From positions 16,616,001 through 16,680,000 of the forward strand of contig OX597822.1 in assembly GCA_951406725.2 (NCBI GenBank): a stretch of DNA of 64,000 nt. The letters run 5' to 3'. The notes beneath the pieces are model-generated. The model had not been told where the DNA came from. It saw only the letters and a list, made by a program, of their open reading frames with translations, and did not search any database. This document shows positions 49,261 through 64,000 of this stretch, piece after piece. How positions within the stretch are numbered: position 1 is the stretch's first letter; each line of letters begins with the position of its first letter. The stretch comes from Octopus vulgaris. Lineage: Eukaryota. The position numbers and the translations under genes were made by a program.

Positions 49261-50429
49261 TGACTCAAATTTGTAACATGTCCAAAATTACTACCAGCGA
49301 GTATTTAAAGGGAAATTTGGCAGGATGGCCAGTCGCCCCCTGACACTCATTGACGCTGCATCGAAGAGGCTGGGAACAGAAGAAAGAAGGTGAAAGAAGA
49401 AATGAACTCAACACCAGAGTTGAAGACACCTCCGAAAGGGGTGGGGGAACCACGTCGAAAATGGTAGAGGATTAGGTGCCGAAACCGGACGTAGTTCCTC
49501 CTGATGATGTCTTTAGACGCTAGATCCTATAAAGGAGCTGTTGAGGTAGCAAACCACGAAACGCGGTTGTAATACCTACGCAAAGGTGTATGTTTTGAAT
49601 ACACCTTGTTTATGAAACTAAAATTCAAAATTTTTAAAAACTACACAAGGACCTAACAGTAACCCTACACGGATATTCACGCAAATGTACATGGACATAT
49701 ATTCACAGATACGGGCAAACGTACAAGTTTGTACATATATGCATTCACAAAGACACACATTATTCCCACAAACCCAAAGTTTGTACATCAACTGTGCTGT
49801 GATTAAAGATAGACTCGAGATTGTTATATTAGGCTTGGAAAAATGCCCCAGTCGGAACCCCCTGCCTCTTATAACAAGACAATATCCCACAATGTATTTA
49901 CAATAACGGTGCTGGCAACTGACATTTTAGATACTTGATTAGTGTTGAAGAGGGGCGTTAAAACCTGCAAGATCCTTCTATAGAAACATTGATGCCAACA
50001 AGCTTTACATAAGAAGAGGTGAGGAAGGTAGTGTGAGATCTGTGTCTTCGAACGTCGTATTGTGTGGCTCAGTCAGCAACTGCAGAGCAACAGCATAAAT
50101 GAAAGGTGAAGGAAACATTATCCTATGTGTGTCGGCAGCGAGCTCCTCAGGTTGTACCCTCTTTCTATCTTCCATAAAGCTGAACTACTATATATTAAAG
50201 AAAACCTGGGTGTGAAATCTTCAGCGTGGGCATATTTAGTGTGAAATGCCCGAATATACCCATGCATAAATTCGGGAAATATACGCATGGGTATATTTCC
50301 CGAAGATTTGGAGAAAATACTAACATCAATATGAAGGGCTATTTCTTCACCTATGCACTTGTAATCCAAGAATAGGAGATTGCTACTAAGTTCGTAATAA
50401 ACAAAAGAGACAGTGATTTCTTTGGTGCC

Positions 50430-50952
50430 CCAAGGTGCAACCGAAGATGCTGATAATGTCATCTTTAGATGGAAGACATCGCACATGTGATCAGCAGTTT
50501 CCCAAAAATGTCGCCAACGTCCTATCCTCCAATGTGACAACTTCACACAGCTTTCTGAAATACGCCTGAGGCCCTGTTTAAAGATGTGGGGCGGCATGAC
50601 GTCAACCTCAGTGGAAACACACCCAAAGACAATCACAGTTATGAAGGACTTGGTCTTTTTTATGGTGCCCATATCACGTCTTATAGCCTTTACCACCAGC
50701 GTTTACAGAGCATTGAGCAAATCACGATGCTGGTATTTTTATTCCCCACACCAATCATCGTGATGCCGATAACTCTTTTCTAACATTCAGATGGCTTCTA
50801 GTCCCCCACCTCACCCATGTCCGTTAACTTTTTCTAAACAGCAATTTTAATGCTTATGATCTCCAACCCAGTTGAATATTCAATACATCAAAATGTTTCT
50901 GATAAAAAAATGGAAACATGAAAATCGTCAAATTTAGACCAAACACCCTATA
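50430..50952 (-). mobile_element. Tc1/mariner-superfamily (maT-like) transposon relic
   Basis: Minus strand begins tatagggtgtttggtc (TIR-like); peptide KTKSFITVIVFGCVSTEVDVMPPHIFKQGLR resembles the VMVxGxVxxxG.VMPPH.F segment of such transposases. Confidence 0.65.
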
Positions 50953-51999
50953 CATAAAAAAGTAAAATATATATACACTCTATACAGTGTAGATATTGTG
51001 TAGATTCCAGGGCAAATGCTTTGATTCTGGTTTCGAAATCTTTCTCTATTGGTGATATATTTAAAAATTAAAACAAGAATATACACACTCATACGAACAG
51101 AAATGCTGAAGTATAAGTTATAATGTCGATCTGGTGCTTTACCGATTACGAAATACTGACACTTGCTTCTTATTTCAAGACCCTGAATGCTTCTATCTTC
51201 TCTCCATCTTTAGGCGCTACAATTTAATTAGCCAAACTAGTCTCCAACTAATCGTTGCTTCATCTGCTCTACAATCTGTGAATTACATCTTTACAGACTG
51301 CCTATCTAGAGCTAGACGGCTCTCATCAGAGAATTAGCTGTCTTTTGGAAGAATATAATGTATAGCCGTTGTTAAAACTGAAAGCAATTATGTTCCAGTG
51401 TGTGGATCGCTGTTAGAACAGCTGTACTCAATTGAAACGATGACGTATATACAAAAGTGTGTTTAAATTTTCAGACTTTTCTGATACTTGGCCGAACGTT
51501 CTTAGTATTTCGTTGTAGTGGTTTTGTTATTATTTGCTACCAAACTTTGCCGAGGTCGACCTTGCCTTTTATCCTTTCAATGTCGATAAAATAAATACTA
51601 GTTATACACTGGTGTCGGTATAATCACCTTACACCCTCCCCTTAAATTGCTGGCCTAGTGCTAGAATTCTGACGCCTTTGTTGAGTGTAGAAGAAGGGGC
51701 AATACCCAAGGGGTTCACACGTCCTCCTACACCGGCCATTAATGTTCTTCAACTTTATAAGTCATTTCTCTCTCTCTTTCTTTCTTTCTCTTTCCCCCTT
51801 TCTTTCTCTTTCACTCTTTCTCTCCATCTCTCTTACTCTCTCTCTCTCTCTTCCTCTTTATTTATCTCCCTTCCTCTCTCTTTCTCTTTCTTTTTCTCTC
51901 TCACTCTCTCTTCCTCCTTCGAAAAGCAAAGAGGTTATCCACTTGAAATCTTCGAAGATCCCACCAAAATATTCCACTCACTTCTTACATAAACACCTC

Positions 52000-52210
52000 A
52001 AAGACGATGGCAGGAAAGAAACATCAAATACAATTTTAAAGCGTGGCCTACACACCATCTCCAGAGGTATCCTGGTGTGTTCGGCTGCCAGCCCAGTCTT
52101 CGCTGCTCGTCAAACCGAGAAGGGAAAACTGAAAATGTATCGGCCACTCTCTGACAGATATATGGTCGAGTCTATAGCAGTGGAAACTTCCGGCCCCCTT
52201 CAATACAATG
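52000..52210 (+). mobile_element. Degraded CRE-like non-LTR element, restriction-like endonuclease region
   Basis: NTILKRGL...RGILV...AARQTEKGKLKMYRPLSDRYMVESIAVETSGP resembles AA..AE..K..KY..L...Y.F.PIAVET.G. Confidence 0.55.
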
Positions 52211-54043
52211 TCTCTTCGCTCAACATTCTACCCCTGTATCTTTTATCCATCATTTTCATCAACCTGTTTAGTTATAGTTTTCAATGATCGGCACGTGGTA
52301 GGTTATATCTGGAATTGAGATTCTGTGGATCGTATTTGTATCTCCTTCATCATAGAAGATCTGGAATTTAGCAAGAAAAACAGGAGAACACTAAATGATA
52401 TTTGGCATATTTAGTCGTTGTAGCACCGAATATTCAAACTCCACCAGGAACAATATAAATTTCAGCTCTTTGGTATTGTAATATTAAGTACCAGTTATAT
52501 ACTTGGGTCTAGTCAATCGACTAAATCTCACCTGATAAATTTATCTCCTTGTAACAATGAGAGGAATATTTAAACGGAAGCCTTTCATATATTATTAGGT
52601 TTTACTTGAGGAATTGTGAATCCGTATAAAGACAGTAAAGCTAATATTAACATTTTCATGTCGACAAATTAGAAAAATATCGCCATCATTTCCAATAAAT
52701 CTATTTGCACATAATTCTAGCAACTCAAGAACTACATAGGGGTACGGCAAATATAATGGCAATATTGAAACATCTCACCAAAGTTGTCCACGGACAACTT
52801 TGTTTATTTACCATCATATCTTCTGGATATTTAATTGAATTTTATATAATATATATATATATAATTAAGAGATAGGACCTCCATAAAGTAATTCAATTAA
52901 TACTGAAAGATATTATATGAATTTCAATATATTATTATTAACGTTGTACTAAAAATTTCTACACATTAAAACGACTTTATTATTAATATCGTGCTAAAAA
53001 TTTCTATACTAAATAATATACATACATAAATATAGATATATACATAAACATTCATATGTCCCCATATATATTACGCTTCTTTGTTTCAAATCAGCTCAAC
53101 ATCATCATCATCATCAACAACAACAAAGACAACAACGACGACAGCTGCTGCTGCTGCTAATCAATGAAACATTTGGTACGCCTGTACATATATACTTATA
53201 CATATATACAGGCATGGTTGCATAGATACGCATACGCTAGCATAAGCTCACAGACGTACGTACAGCTATTTATCCATACGAACCGAACAAGATGATCTAT
53301 TAGCTATAATGTCGATTTTAAAGCGAAACCGATTAAAAGTCACTAACGCTGATTGTTTCTTAAGTAAAGCACTGAATCTTTCTCTCTTCTTTCGTTCTAG
53401 AAGCTGTGCTGTGTGACAGCAGTAAATCTAATTGGAAAGTAGCTTCTTACGTGCAATAATTATTTTGAATTACACCAATTCGAAGACACTAAAATCCTGT
53501 TTATCAATATTATAGATAATAAAATAGATCGCCGAAGCTTTTTAACTGTCTCTGTATTATTGCATCTGTCAATCAGTTCCTTGGCGTTATTCGAGGTGCT
53601 AAAGGTGTTTTATTGTAGAAATCAACATGTAGGATTTCGACACTTCTGACAAATAACATGTATAGATATATGAACGCAGACATAGCTGAGCGGCGGATAC
53701 TACATGTCTATGTGGTTTCAGGTTGGTACCCGTGTGTACCTTCTTGACCCTGTGCCTTCTATTGTATTTCCACATTGCCTAGGGTTTGGGAAGTAAAATT
53801 TGATAGACACATACATATATGTAGTGGCGGCGTTGTGTATGGTTTGTGTATAAATACATAGAGAGACGGATACAGATGTGTGTGTGCGTGTGCTTCAATG
53901 TAGCGGTGTAGATAGATGTGAATCCTCAAAGGTATTTACATCAGTCACAGGAAGCAACTCTTTAACAGATGAAAGTGAGCCGCCAGTTAAAGCAATCATT
54001 CAGTAAATAGCCATCGACAAGAACTTGGCGTCGAAATGATTAA

Positions 54044-54429
54044 TCTCTCTATATATAAAGCTGAAGTTGTCTGTGTAAGGCAGGTTTGGTAGCATTCAAC
54101 TAACACTATCTCCTCCGAGACCCTACGATGCAAGTTGACCAAAATTGAGACTATGATACAAGAAGACTTGCTCTTCCTTCCGTAGTAGAAAAATTTCAAA
54201 TCGGACCATTTTAACACAAAAAATTATTTACATAAAAAGGTGCTCTTTTTCTACGAAAATCCATATTTTTAACTATTTTTTACTGCTGTGTCGCCATTTT
54301 TCGGTGTATTTCAACCAGAAAGATGTTCACTTAAAGAGAATAACTACATAGTGCAAATTTTTTACTTTTCAAAAATTCCAATTCTAAAGAGTTGAAACAA
54401 ACCCGAGCAACGCCGGGCGATACTGCTAG
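54044..54429 (+). mobile_element. Non-autonomous Helitron
   Basis: A|TCtctctatatataaag...aaacccgagcaacgccgggcgatactgCTAG|T; same termini as 17516-17881. Confidence 0.82.
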
Positions 54430-54889
54430 TTAATCATAAACCTTGGAGTTCGTCTCTTATCACTGCTGCTCACCAGTGACCGAAAACAGCAAAACTATCT
54501 CATGTAGAATTGCTGAAATAACTTGAATTTCATTTCCAGAAAACAAGTTTTATTCTTACTTTCATATTCAACTCATAAAACTCGGCCTGGCTTCCGATAT
54601 AAAAAAAATGACGACTTCACAGGCGAGCAAACTATATAAGATGATCTCGAGATGGTAATTGTTGTTGTTGTTGTTGTTGTTGCTTAAGCTGCTGCTGCTG
54701 CTGCTTAGCTCCTTGTCCATCTTGAACTTGCAATCATCCAATCAGGTGTTCTTAATCTATTCGTGTCTTTTCTTCTCAGCCCTTTTTTTGTGTCCATCTC
54801 TCGACCTATTCGCCATACCTATTCCTTCCTCCTCACAATGCAATCCCTCTGGAATTTTCCCCCGTACCTATCTTTCCTTCCGAGAAGGT

Positions 54890-55190
54890 GCGCGGCAGGG
54901 TGGTTAAGGTATTCGGATCATGACCGTGTCCTACAGCGACACCTTTTATTTTACGTTATTCCATTTCACTCAACTGGAAAAACGTACCTGTAATTCAAAT
55001 GGCCAGCTTTGTCACATTTTGTGTCTGGCTGAATCTCCCTGAGAACTACGCTAAGAGTACGCTTGAATGTGGAGTATTCAGCCACTTACATGTTAATTGC
55101 ACGAGATGGCTGTTCCGTTGGTCAGATCAACTGAAAACGTTGACGTCAGAAACGATAGAGTACGATCTCTTCGGTTGTTGACTTGCAAAA
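54890..55190 (+). mobile_element. SINE family C, diverged
   Basis: Homologous to 620-920: tggttaaggtattcg head; gccagctttgtcacattttgtgtc...gagtattcagccacttacatgtt. Confidence 0.6.
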
Positions 55191-56639
55191 TTACAAGAGG
55201 AATATTAATGGCTTTAATCTCACCGGACTGTGAGAGACAGTGGATATTATGGTCAGTCTCCCTTTCTTCATACCCAACAAATAAAACGTTATCCCTATTT
55301 TCAAAGACGTTACAGTTAAAGCATGGCAGACTACGGCCCCTTATTTTCCGTCAAGCAGACTGTTATTTATTGCGGAAACCTTTTAAAGATCCCTCGTTGA
55401 CCCTAAGAAGATACTGGAGATGTAATTCTACTAATCTTACAAATGTTTATTGGAGTATGTGCTATCAGGATCGAAAATAGGCCTCCATGCAAACACTTGA
55501 CTTCCTAGAAAGCACATCAGCCAAATTTCCTTCAAATCACACGTCTCACTTTGGGAGGAAAACCCCCCAGCTATATTGAATAACGTGATACTAGGTACAC
55601 TGTATCATGGAAAAAATGCCAGGAAACTCATGGCCGGAACGTCTTTAACTATACATCACGTGGGTCCTGTGGGAATTAACATACACGATAATACATATTT
55701 GATTGCATTTAGTTAAATAACCTCTTTTCTCTGCTGCCATTTTTATCGCTCTACAGAGAATAACTATATTACACAATTTGGAGTTAGAGGTATATGTATG
55801 AGTATGTGGGGGAGTTGTTTGGGTGGTTTTGGTAACCGGGTGGGTGGGTGGTTGGGTGTGTGGTGAGATATGAAGAAGAGAAATGGCTACTGGATTTTTT
55901 TCCTTATGAAATGAGGTATTATCTCTGATATTTTAAAATAAATGTTTAAACTTTCAGTGACTATGTATAGCTAGAAGCCTGTGAAAATAGTTGCAATATT
56001 GGGAATTACACAGAGTAAAGAATATAAAATAAGTATAAAATATTTTATTCCTTGTAATTTCCCAATCTTCATCCCTAAATACAAACTTCATTTTTTCTCA
56101 ACCGACTTCCTACTAAATCATGCTTTTTTTATTTCTTTAATTTCCTTTTGTGTTCTTGTGTTCTTCTGTTTCCTTCAACATATTGCAAATATAATGCTTC
56201 ACCATATTTTTTTTTCTTTCCTTTTTTTTCCTACGAGATAAGCTGGTGGTTTTCGAGTGAGAGATTATTTCTAATGTATATCATTCTAGCAACATGCAAT
56301 CGTAGTGTGATTGATGGAATTAGCAGTGGCAGTTTACTTGCAAAACTAGTGGTTTCCATCGAGAATGCGCTATTAGATCCATGGTGAAAGACGTATCTTT
56401 CAGGTTAATGCATAAATTACAGGCTGCGATTCTGAAATCAATCGCCAAAATGGAAGGAAAAGTGTATGCGTCGTCGTTTGAGTTTATGCACACATCCATC
56501 CAGTCAACCAGCCATCCAACCATTCACCACAGACGCACACTCGCCCGCCTACACAAAACACACATGTATAAAATATAGTACACATACACACACATGTATG
56601 ATTATGCATATATATACATATGTATGTGTTATATATAAA

Positions 56640-57300
<661 letters not shown>

Positions 57301-59331
57301 ACGTATTCTTACCTCTGTATGAATATCTGTTCCTGAGGAAAAAGTCTCGATAACGGCACCCATTCCAATTTACGTTCAAGGTTATACATTAGGAAATTTT
57401 TATCTCGGTGATTGCTCTTTGCAGCCAAGCATAAAAACTGCAAATTGCATGCTATATTGCAGTGGTGTTTCGTCAAACGGATAAATTCAAGCAATGTGCT
57501 CAAAGAAAACTTTGTACACAAGTTTCTATTATTTTTTTCTTTCCGATGTGTTTTCGTAGAGAATAATAGCTATATCAATACTATATAGAGCTCTACTGAA
57601 GTGAAACGATGTAACAGGGAAGCGAAATCATACAGTTGATGTTTCGCTTGAAAACGCACAGATCTTTTATAGCATGTATGATACATGGATAAAAAACGGA
57701 GGCAACAGAGTTTTAACTGCTTGCAATTTTTGTTAATGCAGCTTAATAATAACCGTTGTATGTAATTTAAAGTTTCGTGTTTGTTGTCGTAGCCATGGTG
57801 ACAAGCGTATCTCATTTGCAGAGGTACCACAAAAGATTTCGTCGCCGTGTAATTTCTCAACTGCTAAATTCACTAACGAGACTCTCTGCTTTCAATGCGT
57901 TCTTGTAGAACCGTTTCTGTTTTGCCAGTTGACTGGTTATCTTTGTGTATCATCAACGATAGAAGCAGGTCTCAATGTAAAAAGGACAAAGGTCGACTTA
58001 AGTTTCTGGAAAGGCCCCTAAAGAGCCTAATTTCAAGGCAAGATTTTGCATATATGGATACAACTTTATGCGTTTGTATGTTTACAAGATTAGTTTCATT
58101 GAGCACCAAATGTTACGAACATTTATCCGTTATACAATATATTCTCTGTAATTTGGTCAAACTTACAAATTATATAATGTTTTTTTTGTGTGTGAATGTA
58201 CATACACACAAAGCTCGTGATTTATTCCCTTGCTGCGTAGAGTTTGATCTGGTTTTTCAAGTAACAACTGTGTGCGTGTGTGTGTATGTGTGAGAGAGAG
58301 AGAGAGAGAATTACTGTGTACATCCATTCATGAGAAGTTCTTACTCTAACAGGTTTCGTAGAATGGCCAGTCCCCACAGACGGTATGTGTAAACACTACA
58401 CTTGATCCAGGAGATGCCAATGGCCGATCACACACTGCCGTTTCGAAGTGGTATACTCGGTGATAGACGCCACCCGATCTTTTGAAGCCAATTGAGAACA
58501 ACTGTTCTTATCTATACGAATCAGCGAGCAAAACATTTGCAGATGCGCGCAAAGTCTTGCCAAAATGATATTGAAATATTTCAGGCAAGCAAAACATCGG
58601 ATATCGAAACAACAATGTGTACATCTATTCTTAACAGTTGTTTTTTTTATTTATCCTTAAAGGACCGACTGGTGCCCCTCACTGAGAGGGCGAAATCACG
58701 CCGAATCAACGGTTTCTGATTGTCCACTAAAGTTACTCGAAACTAGTCTAGATTTGCTGCGAGTGACATTAGAGGACAATCTCATGAACGGATGTACACG
58801 AAATATATGTAAGAGAAAGAACTACTTAGAGGCGGAATCCAGCAGCGAAAAAAAGAGATATTCACATTTAAGTATGCAAAGCGTCTCAATAAGGGATGTT
58901 TGCAATCTTTATTTTGAATCTCGCTATGTTGTGAGACCATAATAATTTATGTGTGTACGAGTGTGTGCTTTTAATCCATATATGTGCTTGTATCTATGTG
59001 TGTATGAGTGTGTGCATGCATATTTGTGTGACTGCACATCTATCTACACACACACTCGCACACATGTTTTGATCCATACATGTATCTCCCAATAATTGCG
59101 TTGAGTACCCTTCTTCCGTTTGTCCCCTTACTCGTGTATATATATATATATATATATATTATGTATAAATACATACATATACATATATCCGAGTTCGTTG
59201 GAACACGAGGTACATTGTTCAAAATACCGTGTGATATTTGGATTACGTTCTTAATGTTCTGCTTACGCCATCTTACACCCATATTTAAGTTCTTTTCCTC
59301 TTTCTGAAACCATTGAAATAGCTAAGGGACA

Positions 59332-59379
<48 letters not shown>

Positions 59380-59387
59380 TTATATAG

Positions 59388-59455
<68 letters not shown>

Positions 59456-59464
59456 ATGTATATA

Positions 59465-59775
59465 CGTCGGCCTTTTTAAGTTTCCGTCAATCATATCCAA
59501 TCACATGGCTTTGGTCGGCCCGGGACAATAGTAGAAGACACTAGTCACCGGTACCATACTGTGAGACTGAACCCGGAACCACGTGGTTGGGAAACAAATT
59601 TCTTACTGCACAGCCGTCTTCAACCGGTTTTCACACTCTCTCTGCCAAACAATTCTACTCGCACCGTAGTGTTACACCCGAGTCTATAATCGAAGACACA
59701 TGCCCCAGATACAAGGCAGTGGGGCTGAACCCGAAACCTTACAGTTGCAAAGTGACCACCTCAGCCACACGGCTC
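59465..59775 (-). mobile_element. Two decayed SINE family A heads in tandem
   Basis: gctttggtcggcccgggacaatagtagaagacac...gactgaacccggaaccacgtggttgg, repeated in degenerate form at ~59680-59775. Confidence 0.7.
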
Positions 59776-62700
59776 TGCTTGCTCATAACAGAGAGTTAAA
59801 CCTGATAGGCCATTCATATCTGCAGAAGGTGTTGAATTACAAGCTTACTAAAAACATTTTATAATCATAGAACCTATTTAAATGTAGGTGAACTGGGTTT
59901 GTAATATCTAAATGTCGTGTTTTCTATGTTGTTGTGGTTGTTGTTTTCGTGTGCACAGAACGATGCCAATCTTTTGGTGTTGGAACCCAACGCTTTATCT
60001 ATCTCCCCTGTCAGTTGCAGTACCATATATTCGGAAACTTATATTTGATATAAAAGGAGCGAAACTGATCAATATCGTATAAAAATATTTGAAATCATAT
60101 TCATGCAGTGCGACTAGAAATGTGCTTTCCAATTGGCTTTGAACACGAAATTTTATAGTGGATCAAAAGCAAGCATATTAATTGGCAACTGGAAAGATTA
60201 TAGAATTAGAATGAAGGGAATATAGAGAGTAAATTCTGTTGCAACGCTCTTTCATATTTCGCTAGCAGTGTCGGTATAAACATATGTTATGTGCATCTGA
60301 AATATGAGCGAAATTTATGCGGTATTCGGCATCTTCCAAATGGAAAATTATGCGGCCACACTCCCCATTACTCCATGCTGTGTAGTAATATCTTGCCAAT
60401 TTGGATAACCTTTAAAGCTGGTTTGTGATCTATATCTTAGACATTTATTCCTTTCGACAGTTCTTTTGTATTATCTACGTAAATGTACGCTTCAAATATT
60501 TTAGATCACTCGTCCTTTTAGTTAATTTACATTACTATAAGTCCTTATTCATCCTATCCATGGATTATCAATCGCAATTATTACGGCTTCTTGCTAATTT
60601 TATTTCGATAATATTTTATATTAATTTCCAATAACATTTATTTTAACCATAAAAATTAAGATTTATATCATGTCCAATTAATTTTAACTGTAAACTTCTT
60701 ATTAATATAAATATTGCTTTAATTTATTTATAGAAATAATATTGAAGTTCTTTATTTTATCAATAAATTATTCGCTTAAACTTTTGGGAAATTCTCTTCA
60801 TATCTGGCATTACGACAGTGCTGCATTTTAAAACATTCCTCGAATAATTGTTAAAGTGACAGGTTAAATATAAAGATTGTAATTAGTAGAGTTATATTAC
60901 AGCTTGCTGGATAACTAATAAAATATACAGTCAGCCATTTCGGCAGCTGGTTCCAGTTCTTGTTGCAAAAACTCTATCTGAGAAACCATCGACTTCTCGA
61001 TCCGTTACAATTTTGTTTATATTTTAGTCACCACCCACAGCATTATGTTGGCACCTTGAAAGTGAGAAGAAGACTAACATTCATGAACAGGGCAGACACA
61101 AATGGGATTCGAATCGATCATCATCCCAAACTGGTGAAAAAGCATTCGGGGATCTAATTTCACAACGAGACATAAAGGTGAAATCAAATATGATAACGGC
61201 AGCCAATGTAGCAAATCTATATTGCAGAATAGGTTCATCCCACATCACCAGTTCTGCTTACCAAAACTGGCCCACTTGGCACCGTGCATTCGTCACCGAC
61301 TTAACGTCTCAACTGATGTTTAATGTGTAAGTAAGAAATAAAGGATATTTAGAAAGAAATGCAATTAAAATTGAAATAGTATTTTTATTTATTTATCGCG
61401 AGTATGTCACTCAATATATCACTACTTCTAAACTAATATTCTTTTCGTGGAAAGTGGAAATCTAAGATATATTTTAATACTTTTTTCAACCAACAAATAT
61501 AAACTATGTTGGTCAAATTGTAACGTAATATTGATTTCTTTGGGCCGGTCAGGATAAAGTATTTTGAATCGAGTCCTCTCAATAATAACTGTTTATTTCA
61601 CTGAATCAAATAGCAATAAAGATAAACTTCACTTATTAGATGGAAATAAGAGAATGTTACATCCTCTCGCGAAGATATTAGTGCGGTACTTCAAACAAAG
61701 TACGTTTAACTAGGAATATATGTCAGTATAGGGACTAAACTCCTTAATTATCTCTATTCAATTCTATGGAATTTTCAGACTTCTATCAATAAAAACAAAT
61801 ATTACCAAATTTATTCTTAAACATAATGGTTGTTACATCTGTATTCAGGCAACTACTTATGAAATTTCTTTAATTATAATTTTAGTTATTTATAGATTAT
61901 TGGTATTTTGAATTAGTAAACGTAATGTCGTAGGTTAAAAGTCGGTGGTGCACCAAAAATATTGGATTTAATGTACTTTGTTGTTAAAGATTACTTTTCA
62001 GAGCGAAAGCTTTCCTGTCGAACGGCTGTGATAGATTACATCATGGGTTTTCGGGTCGTAACCGTTGCTAGCGTTTTGCTAATGTTTACAATTTCACACC
62101 ATTTGGCGTGCTTTCAATAAGTTGTTCGATCAAAAACAAAAAAGAATAAAATGTAACAACATTCTACTTGAGGTATTTTGAAAGATCTTACAAGCTATAA
62201 TTAGATGTTCAAGATATTTCCCCTTGTCTTCATCAATAGTAAACATGTTAAATTATGTATCGAATAAAGAAGATTCGAACCAGTAGGTTGATGACAAAAG
62301 GCGTGAATGATTCGGTTTTAAAATACAGCACTGTCATAATGCGAAATATCTTGTGAACATTTTGATCAGGTAAAAATGGTATTTGAGGAGTTCCGAGCAA
62401 AACACTAAACTCCTTCCAGTGGTTAGGCTTTAGTGCGGAAACTCATGTGTTGTAGGGAGTTTGGAGTTGCTCCTTAGTAACTACTACTCCTAGTTTCAAT
62501 CTATCCTGCTTTGTTAGCACATGCTAAGGGCCCCAGTTATGAGTCTTATAGCGGAAGTGAGTGTTGTGGCTAATGTATGCATGACTTCGAGGAGGACGTA
62601 ATATGTGTCACATAGACAAAACCATTAGGTCACGGGACTCAGTCCTTTGCCGCGGGGTTAAAGGCCCTGTGTTCGATTGTAGGTATAGAGAGTAGGGGGA

Positions 62701-63411
62701 AAACAATGAGCTGTAAATGGAATCGGGAAACCATTGTTGTCTTTTCCTCAATAAAATCCTTGAATATTCAGTCTTTGAGATGAAAATCCCTCACAGCCGA
62801 CGCCTGTAAATCAGGTATGGCATGTGGAGAGGGGTAATTAAATATTCAAAAAAAGTACATCATCTTGGAATCTCAAAAGTCACACGGTTACTGCAATGTT
62901 TAAGAACTGTCGCTTTGAATCTCCATGATTTAAGTTTCGTTCGAACTGCATGGCACATTCGACAAGTACCTTCTCTCATAGACTCGTATCGAGTAAAGCT
63001 TTTGAGTTAAATTTGATACAATCGCTCCATACAGATTGTTTCTATTCTTCAGTTCGCCTGATTTAACAAACCCATTTGTGCTTTGTATGCCCTTAATAGA
63101 TTCAGCTTTGTTGCAAAAATTTGGACCAGATCTGAGGTTTGATGATAATTTCATCTTTTGTTTTCCTCCAATCAGGCGTGTTTTGAGAAACATCCATGAG
63201 TACAGACTTTCCTCCGCCGACTAAGCTTTCGAAAACCGTGTGAGAATTAATCTCGCAGCTTTTTTGATTGAGCATTTGGCTGCTTTTCGGGTAGCATTTC
63301 CCACTCGACGTTTTGAATTAAGAACCTCAACCGTACAAAATGCATAGCGTCATCAAGGTTTACAATACCGAACGCAGCCGCTTATTGCTCATGTCCGATG
63401 ACTTGGTCGAC

Positions 63412-63990
63412 AAGATGTGCTCCTGGATTCTGAGAACTTTTCGGTCTAGAAGTGTTCACACCATCATCCTTTTCTACTCTACTTTTGCCCGACCACACCT
63501 TTGAGTGCTGTTGCCCAATGTGGTCTCCCCATACGAAGTAACTCATTATGAAAGTAGAAGCACTCCAGACGTCTATAACAAGAAAAATAGACGGCATGCG
63601 AGGGATTGATTATTGGAGTCGACTAAAAAAACTCAATCTCTACTCTCTCCAACGCCGCCGGGATCGCTACATCATTTGTGTGATGTGGAAAATATTCCAT
63701 CAATATTGCACAAATGACGTTGGCATCAATTTTAAAATCCATCCAAGACTTGTCCCCCATGCTATCCGCCAACTACAAACTCAGGACACATAACAACAGG
63801 ATATATGACAACATTACGTCACAACTATTTAACCTCAACCGGACCAACTCTCTTTAATACCAAAATACGTCAAAACGGAAACGGATCCCATAAAATTTGA
63901 AAGTTTACTGGGCAAAAGTCTTCAAAAATTCCCTGACCAACCTCCTACACCCGTATATGTCTCCAACAATAACTCTTTGCTAGAGTAGGC
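63412..63990 (+). mobile_element. CR1/L2-group LINE 3' fragment (same family as 2765-3378)
   Basis: KMCSWILRTFRSR...CPMWSPH...DYWSRLKKLNLYSLQRRRDRYIICVMWKI, with stops and frameshifts. Confidence 0.87.
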
Positions 63991-64000
63991 CATGGCACCC

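Overview
AT-rich, microsatellite-dense eukaryotic non-coding DNA. The SINE families and repeat landscape look like a coleoid cephalopod (probably Octopus); this is recognition from memory, not a database hit. No intact multi-exon host gene, rRNA or CRISPR array is visible, and most long ORFs in the track are microsatellite artefacts. The window is a mosaic of mobile elements: three tRNA-derived SINE families, CR1/L2-type, RTE, R4/Dong and CRE-like LINE fragments, mariner/Tc1 relics and two non-autonomous Helitrons. Main observations: (1) Penelope-like element (PLE) debris inside (TA)n arrays, with one apparently intact type I hammerhead ribozyme (37751-37816, minus), one single-mutation copy downstream of a PLE ORF C-terminus (36971-37052), one decayed copy, and three near-perfect palindromes with 53-130 bp arms; (2) three distinct R4/Dong-type 3' ends stacked in one (TAA)n array; (3) a SINE/LINE pair sharing a structured 3' tail; (4) a C3HC4 RING-finger coding segment (15346-15573) missed by the ORF track.
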